Source: Promethearchaeota archaeon (GTDB lineage: Archaea > Asgardarchaeota > Lokiarchaeia > Sigyniarchaeales > SOKP01). From it: a stretch of DNA of 64,000 nt. Below the pieces are notes generated by a model. It worked only from the letters and a program-made list of their open reading frames with translations, searched no databases and had not been told where the DNA came from. The position numbers and the translations under genes were made by a program. Of this stretch, positions 58,958 through 64,000 are shown one piece after another. Within the stretch, counting starts at the first letter, position 1; each line of letters starts with the position of its first letter. The stretch lies in assembly GCA_030599585.1 (NCBI GenBank), contig JAUVNS010000001.1:1-64000 (forward strand), written 5' to 3'.

Positions 58958-59653
58958 CTACAATTTCAAGTTTTCAAAATCCAGCATTAAATGTTCAGGA
59001 TTAATAAATCCTTCAGCGAATTTTACCCCTATTTGATATCCCAAATATCCGGCACGTTCTTTTATATAATCAAAAATCCTTAAATGCTTTTTATTATCAA
59101 CAAACTGTGATTTATAGGCTTTAAGCGCATTTATTTTTTCTTCGATTGAATCAGAAATATCGATTAAAAAGTCCAATTTTCGATTCTTATCTTTTAAATG
59201 TGAATGATCAAAATAAAAAACATATTTTGGGTAGTATTCTCGATATTCGGATTCAGTTTTTGTTAGTTTTGCTTGAAATTTAGCGGCATTAACAATCCGG
59301 TGACAAGCTATGTGATCTGGGTGCCAATCATTGGATGGATGGGTAATGAGAATATTGGGTTTATATTTTCTAATCACTTCAGAAACTTTTTTTCTATTCT
59401 CTATTGTATTTTCAATATATCTATTTGTCATATCGAGAGTAATTCTTAGATCTAGATTTAAAATTTCAGAAGCTGCTTTAGCCTCAGCCATCCTTTTTTC
59501 TACAGTACCGAATGGAGTAGGTTCTCCATTTGATAAATCCAGCACTCCAATTTTTTTACCCTTTTTCTTGTAATGGGCAATTGTTCCTCCACATCCGATT
59601 TCTGCGTCATCAGGATGGGCTCCTATTACTAAAATATCTAATTCAAGCTTCAT
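58958..59653 (-). CDS. bshB1: BshB1/PIG-L family N-acetylglucosaminyl deacetylase
   Basis: DILVIGAHPDDAEIGCGGTI, DLSNGE, R..EA, HPDH, K..AL.AY.SQF, AEGF. Confidence 0.88.
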   Translation of the reverse strand: MKLELDILVIGAHPDDAEIGCGGTIAHYKKKGKKIGVLDLSNGEPTPFGTVEKRMAEAKAASEILNLDLRITLDMTNRYIENTIENRKKVSEVIRKYKPNILITHPSNDWHPDHIACHRIVNAAKFQAKLTKTESEYREYYPKYVFYFDHSHLKDKNRKLDFLIDISDSIEEKINALKAYKSQFVDNKKHLRIFDYIKERAGYLGYQIGVKFAEGFINPEHLMLDFENLKL

Positions 59654-59662
59654 TTTATTCTA

Positions 59663-60568
59663 CTAAGTTTCCAGTTCTTTAATTTGTGTAAATATTGATT
59701 CTTGTATTTTTTTAAAATTATATTTATTAATATCATCCACACCATTGAAATAATCTGAAAAAATTGACTTAAAAACATTAATATTTGTTTTTAAGGGAGT
59801 ATTCACAAGTGATTCAATTAACTGAATATATCTTTCAATTCTTTCTTCTCCTTTTTTAAACAAAAAGCTATCTTTTGCATTTTTTAAAATTGCATCTCTA
59901 TCTTTATATATTACTGGAACTCCTTTTTCAACAATTTTGTACCCTTTTTTCATTGATTTAATCCAGATTTCGATGGGTATTTCATATCCGTTTATTTCTA
60001 AATCCAAATCATTAATTGCATTACATTCATATGCCTTTAAACCACAAAATGCGTCTGTAATAGAAAATCCGAGTGTATTGAGAATTCCCGTGATGATCGC
60101 ATTCACAAGAAATCTATCTTTCCAAGGTTTTTGCCATGAATGTTCTAAATTTTTATATCTTGACCCCGAAATAATTTGATCTGTTGGTTTTTCAAGAATT
60201 AGATCAATAAACTTGTATAAATAGTTTGGTTCATGTTGGCCATCCATATCGAACGATATTATCCAAGAAAATTTCATTTCTTTAGCGTATTTAAAACCTC
60301 TTATGAGTGTATACCCATAACCTTTATTTTCTTTAAAATTAACAATAGAAAAAAGAGAATCATGATTGTTTTTATCCAAAATTTGCATAGTTCCATCTGT
60401 AGAACCATCATTAATGATAAGGATTTTCAAATTAAATTCGCTGCTTCTTTGCGAATTTTGTTTTACACAACGGAGATGCTCTAGTATATGTTCAATGTTT
60501 TCTTCTTCATTAAAACACGGGATTAGTAAGAGAATATCAATTATTTTTTCAGAAATATCGATAACCAA
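59663..60568 (-). CDS. GT2 glycosyltransferase (polyprenyl-phosphate glycosyltransferase-like)
   Basis: IPCFNEE, INDGSTDGT, N.GYG, DMDGQH, SGSR, TDAFCGLKAY. Confidence 0.9.
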   Translation of the reverse strand: MVIDISEKIIDILLLIPCFNEEENIEHILEHLRCVKQNSQRSSEFNLKILIINDGSTDGTMQILDKNNHDSLFSIVNFKENKGYGYTLIRGFKYAKEMKFSWIISFDMDGQHEPNYLYKFIDLILEKPTDQIISGSRYKNLEHSWQKPWKDRFLVNAIITGILNTLGFSITDAFCGLKAYECNAINDLDLEINGYEIPIEIWIKSMKKGYKIVEKGVPVIYKDRDAILKNAKDSFLFKKGEERIERYIQLIESLVNTPLKTNINVFKSIFSDYFNGVDDINKYNFKKIQESIFTQIKELET

Positions 60569-60642
60569 TCATTTTTTATAAATCTTCATTGAAATAATGC
60601 ATCAAAATTTTTAGAATTGTTGATTTTGAGTTATAAGAAATC

Positions 60643-61173
60643 ATGAAAGAATTCAAAATCAACGAATTCATTACCAAAAAATTTATTTGCTTAACATCCC
60701 CTTTAGAAATCATGCCAGAAAGTATCAAATCTTTAGAGTTTTTATATGATTACGTTAAAAGTTTGTTTGAAAAGCGAAAAGATAATCATTTTGAAGAATC
60801 CATGAAAGAATCGTTATTTAAAGGAGAGAAAACCGCTCTCGATTTATTTGTACATTCTGTTAGCACGCTTCATTTTGCAATGAAAAAAACGACTAATCCT
60901 AATGCAGATATGAAAGATATAGCAATAAAGTTAGATCCCAAATCCACCACACCTTTGCATGAACAATTGTTAGATTTATTTAATAAAGCAAATGAAGCCT
61001 ATACAGAAGAAAGAATAAAATATAATGAAGAAGACCTTAAAAATATGTTTAAATCCCCTTTTGGGAGAGAGATGACGTACGAAGATTGGTTTGGGTTCAT
61101 TATCCATCACACAATCGGGCATATTTATCAGTCTCTTAGATTGCAGGCAATTTATCTAAGACATAAAATTTAA
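60643..61173 (+). CDS. DinB/YfiT-like four-helix metalloprotein (possible thiol S-transferase)
   Basis: TALDLFVH ... WFGFIIHHTIGHIYQ (H...HxxxH.Q); real start may be later (MPESIK). Confidence 0.75.
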   Translation: MKEFKINEFITKKFICLTSPLEIMPESIKSLEFLYDYVKSLFEKRKDNHFEESMKESLFKGEKTALDLFVHSVSTLHFAMKKTTNPNADMKDIAIKLDPKSTTPLHEQLLDLFNKANEAYTEERIKYNEEDLKNMFKSPFGREMTYEDWFGFIIHHTIGHIYQSLRLQAIYLRHKI

Positions 61174-61301
61174 ACGAGCCGTTATCTATCTTAAGAGTAC
61201 AAAATGTGAAACCTACAAAAAAGAAAGAAAGCTCGGTTACCGAAAAAGTTAAATGATAATGCTAATCTTCACAATTTCAATATTTTAAGAGTTTAATAAT
61301 A

Positions 61302-62012
61302 TTAGATCAGAAATCCTTTAAGGACTACCAGAGCCCCAATATCGATAATAATCAACGCTAAAATCTCTATCGCAATTAACGAGAAAATTCCCCCTATTAC
61401 ATTGATAAAAATCCCTAAAATAAATAATATTACTCCTATAGAAAACCATTTTAATCGATTTCTAGTTTCGCCTTCTATTTTTCTGGTATCGTCCTCTATT
61501 TTTTTCGTAATTCCAATATATCTATAAGCAGCAAATGCAGTTAAAAATATCCGAACGGCATTCACAAAAATTAACAATCCGAGAGGAGTATGAGTATTTA
61601 CTATACGCAGAGCATAATCACCCATATCTAAATACGGTGGAAATATAAAATATCCCATACTCATGACAAAGAATAAAATTAGCATGGTTCCAAGATACTT
61701 CATGCCCATGGCAATCTTAGTATGTTTTTCAAGCACGAACAGGGTCATCACGAGAGAAATTGAGTTAAAATTAAAAAAGATATGGGCTGTTATCATGAGT
61801 GGAATAATAATATCCGGATTGTCTAAAATTAAATGATAAATCGCATAAATGAAAAATCCTAAGGATGAGGATATAAAATATAAGGCAAACCATCTGTTCA
61901 ACAAATCTCTTTTGTTTAAAAGAAGAACTCGTAATCCAATAATTAGTGCGATAGCTGCTGTAATTATTGTCGTTATTATTTTTATTATATTATATGTATC
62001 CAAGTTATTCAA
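61302..62012 (-). CDS. 7-TM membrane protein (HisKA N-terminal 7TM-like)
   Basis: VL....R.LLNRWFALYF and about 7 hydrophobic helices. Confidence 0.65.
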   Translation of the reverse strand: MNNLDTYNIIKIITTIITAAIALIIGLRVLLLNKRDLLNRWFALYFISSSLGFFIYAIYHLILDNPDIIIPLMITAHIFFNFNSISLVMTLFVLEKHTKIAMGMKYLGTMLILFFVMSMGYFIFPPYLDMGDYALRIVNTHTPLGLLIFVNAVRIFLTAFAAYRYIGITKKIEDDTRKIEGETRNRLKWFSIGVILFILGIFINVIGGIFSLIAIEILALIIIDIGALVVLKGFLI

Positions 62013-62283
62013 ACCTTAGAATTAAATTATTCTGTCTATAGTTATTTGGCGCGTATAATATATATAGATATAACTACCCCTTTGAATATCCGCAATTATT
62101 GATATTATTTTTTCTTACTATTTGCGTTATATTTCTAGTGTCTGTCAAGGTTTATATCGCAAACATTAAAAATAGTGGTGGCGATTAATTATGTGCATAT
62201 ATTTCAATGTAGTGAAGAAGTATATATTAGGTATAAGATATATATAATTCATCTGAATGAGACATATTAGGAGTAGAGATTAA

Positions 62284-63069
62284 ATGATATCGTTTGAAAC
62301 AGAGCGCACACCACCATGGTTTTTCCAATATATTGAGAATTATTCTCATATCATGTTAGATTTGCGATTTAAGACAGAAGATGTATCAGCCGAGATGTTA
62401 AACTTCTCGCTCGATTTAGAAATTCAAGGATTTGAGGGGTTGATTTTTTATATTTACAAACCATCGTTTAATAGGATAGAATTCGACCTTCTTGACCATA
62501 GAAACGAGATGATTCATACTATAAAAGATTTGTATATCAACGTGAAAGATTATTCCTCTTCTGATTCGCTGGATCTCATAGTTATTCCGTTTGGACGTTT
62601 TAAAGAAGATCATAAATTTATCCCCGTGATTCGTAGTGGAAATGTCGTTTCAAACTTTCAAATTTTTTCATGGACTCCTTCTCTCCTTTTTAAAAACATA
62701 AAGTCTGTAATAAAAATATCTAATAGGTACGAGGAAATAATTCCAATGGAGTATTTCGATCGATATTATTACCAATTTAAAAGTACTTTTAAAGGAAATA
62801 AAACAGAATTTTTATTCAGCCTTATTAATCTACTCGTTCGGCTTGAGGACATCCCTGATGTTGAGCCTTTAGTCACAAAAATTAAAATGATAATTTCAAA
62901 AACCAACGAGCTTTTGTTTGAATTGATCGAAAGATCGATTCCCTTAGAGATGATAAACCTGCTCAAGGAAATAGAACGATTGAAATTTAACCTCGATAAT
63001 TTATCGAAAGAAGAAATCTATAACTGGTTAGATGATTTATTAACCTCGTACAGTGAAAAGATTAACTAG
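62284..63069 (+). CDS. Hypothetical protein
   Basis: 261-aa ORF with AGGAG upstream. Confidence 0.7.
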   Translation: MISFETERTPPWFFQYIENYSHIMLDLRFKTEDVSAEMLNFSLDLEIQGFEGLIFYIYKPSFNRIEFDLLDHRNEMIHTIKDLYINVKDYSSSDSLDLIVIPFGRFKEDHKFIPVIRSGNVVSNFQIFSWTPSLLFKNIKSVIKISNRYEEIIPMEYFDRYYYQFKSTFKGNKTEFLFSLINLLVRLEDIPDVEPLVTKIKMIISKTNELLFELIERSIPLEMINLLKEIERLKFNLDNLSKEEIYNWLDDLLTSYSEKIN

Positions 63070-63118
63070 CGTATATTTTATTAAATGGATTAAAAGAAAA
63101 AACGAGAATTTATTGAAT

Positions 63119-63664
63119 CTATTTCTTAAATCGTTTAATTATGGTCAGGACTAAGACAATTAAGAAGAAGATTGCCCCTACCAATAGTAAACCAAATTTA
63201 ATAAACGCTGTTATCGAAGCAATCGAAGGTACGAAAGATGCGAAGTTAGGAGTATCGTTAAGCATGATAAGAAGGTTGACATTTTCAACTAAGTCGAAAA
63301 TTCCTGCGACTAATGGCGTAAGACTTATGTAAAGGCCGATGTCTACTATTTTACCGCTTAATTTTCGAGTGAATAATAAAATTAATGCAAATAAAGGCAC
63401 TGAGTATCCTATGATATAGAAAAAGTCCCAATACACTCCATTAGCTTGTAAAGCCATTCCAACGCCCCCCCACTCTGTAAAAATAATTAAAATTTGGTCT
63501 TTAGTCCAAGCAAATTCGAAATCAAGGATTCCATAAAAAAAACCTGAATTTGCTAGGGGTTCAAAAACAACCATATTTATAACTAGAAGGATAATGATAC
63601 CTATAGCCGCGATTATTAATAAAATTAAATCGCTTGGTGTTTTTTTTAATTTTTCTAAAATCAT
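63119..63664 (-). CDS. Hypothetical 4-TM membrane protein
   Basis: I.DFEFA, D..YI..Y, AG.FD.VEN..L, K motifs of a widespread uncharacterised membrane family. Confidence 0.75.
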   Translation of the reverse strand: MILEKLKKTPSDLILLIIAAIGIIILLVINMVVFEPLANSGFFYGILDFEFAWTKDQILIIFTEWGGVGMALQANGVYWDFFYIIGYSVPLFALILLFTRKLSGKIVDIGLYISLTPLVAGIFDLVENVNLLIMLNDTPNFASFVPSIASITAFIKFGLLLVGAIFFLIVLVLTIIKRFKK

Positions 63665-63848
63665 TCTATTTTTTCACGTTGTTGTGATATTAAATTTAAT
63701 TATTTAATGTATTATTTGCTGTAAGTAATATAAAGAATTCGCGTATGAGTTAAAGAAGAACTAATCGATGTATAATAATAATAATCATTACTTTTTTTTA
63801 GCCTCTAATATTACATAATGTAGTTAAAATCGCTGAATTATATTACTC

Positions 63849-64000
63849 ATGTGTCTCGCAATTCCAGGTAAAATTGTAAGTATTGATGGGCATTCCGCAT
63901 TAGTCGACTTCGATGGAATAGAGCAAAAAATTATCATAGCGCTAGTCTTAAACCCTGAAGTAGGTAAGTACGTTATTGTTCACGCCGGTTACGCAATTGA
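63849..64000 (+). CDS. hypC: Hydrogenase chaperone HypC (partial, runs off the window)
   Basis: MCLAIPGKIV...ALVDFDG......EVGKYVIVHAGYAI. Confidence 0.93.
   Translation, partial: MCLAIPGKIVSIDGHSALVDFDGIEQKIIIALVLNPEVGKYVIVHAGYAI

Noticed and set aside
60643-60680. MKEFKINEFIT N-terminus resembling lokiarchaeal LRR-protein starts
   Set aside because: Too short to establish a fusion or remnant without a search

Overview
AT-rich archaeal window, most likely Asgard archaea (Lokiarchaeia-like). This is inferred from a roadblock protein, a Rab-like GTPase, IPG/IPF-TM-basic C-terminal sorting tails, FwdA and a Vhu-type hydrogenase. All calls come from reading motifs; no searches were run. Routine content: CysRS, two PurF homologs, SerA, SpeE, scattered hypF/D/E/C, MobA, ABC and MFS transporters, isopentenyl phosphate kinase. 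Highlights: (1) an unannotated selenoprotein gene, vhuU (in-frame TGA in D-C-U-L-S-C), followed by a SECIS-like structure, inside a vhuG-vhuA-vhuU-hdrC-hdrB operon that is divergent from a TusA-YeeE-DsrEFH sulfur/selenium relay operon; (2) a bacillithiol-like pathway in which a GT2 glycosyltransferase replaces BshA (GT2-BshB1-BshC), with a divergent DinB-like gene; (3) a haem O synthase cluster containing a ~12-TM His-rich protein that resembles a haem-copper oxidase subunit I without the CuB motifs, plus a small cytochrome-like protein and a GlcD/GlcF-like dehydrogenase pair; (4) a perfect 122-bp inverted repeat that gives two divergent membrane-protein genes identical upstream regions; (5) a tRNA-Cys with a long class-II-like variable arm next to cysS; (6) two genes that appear to start at ATT.
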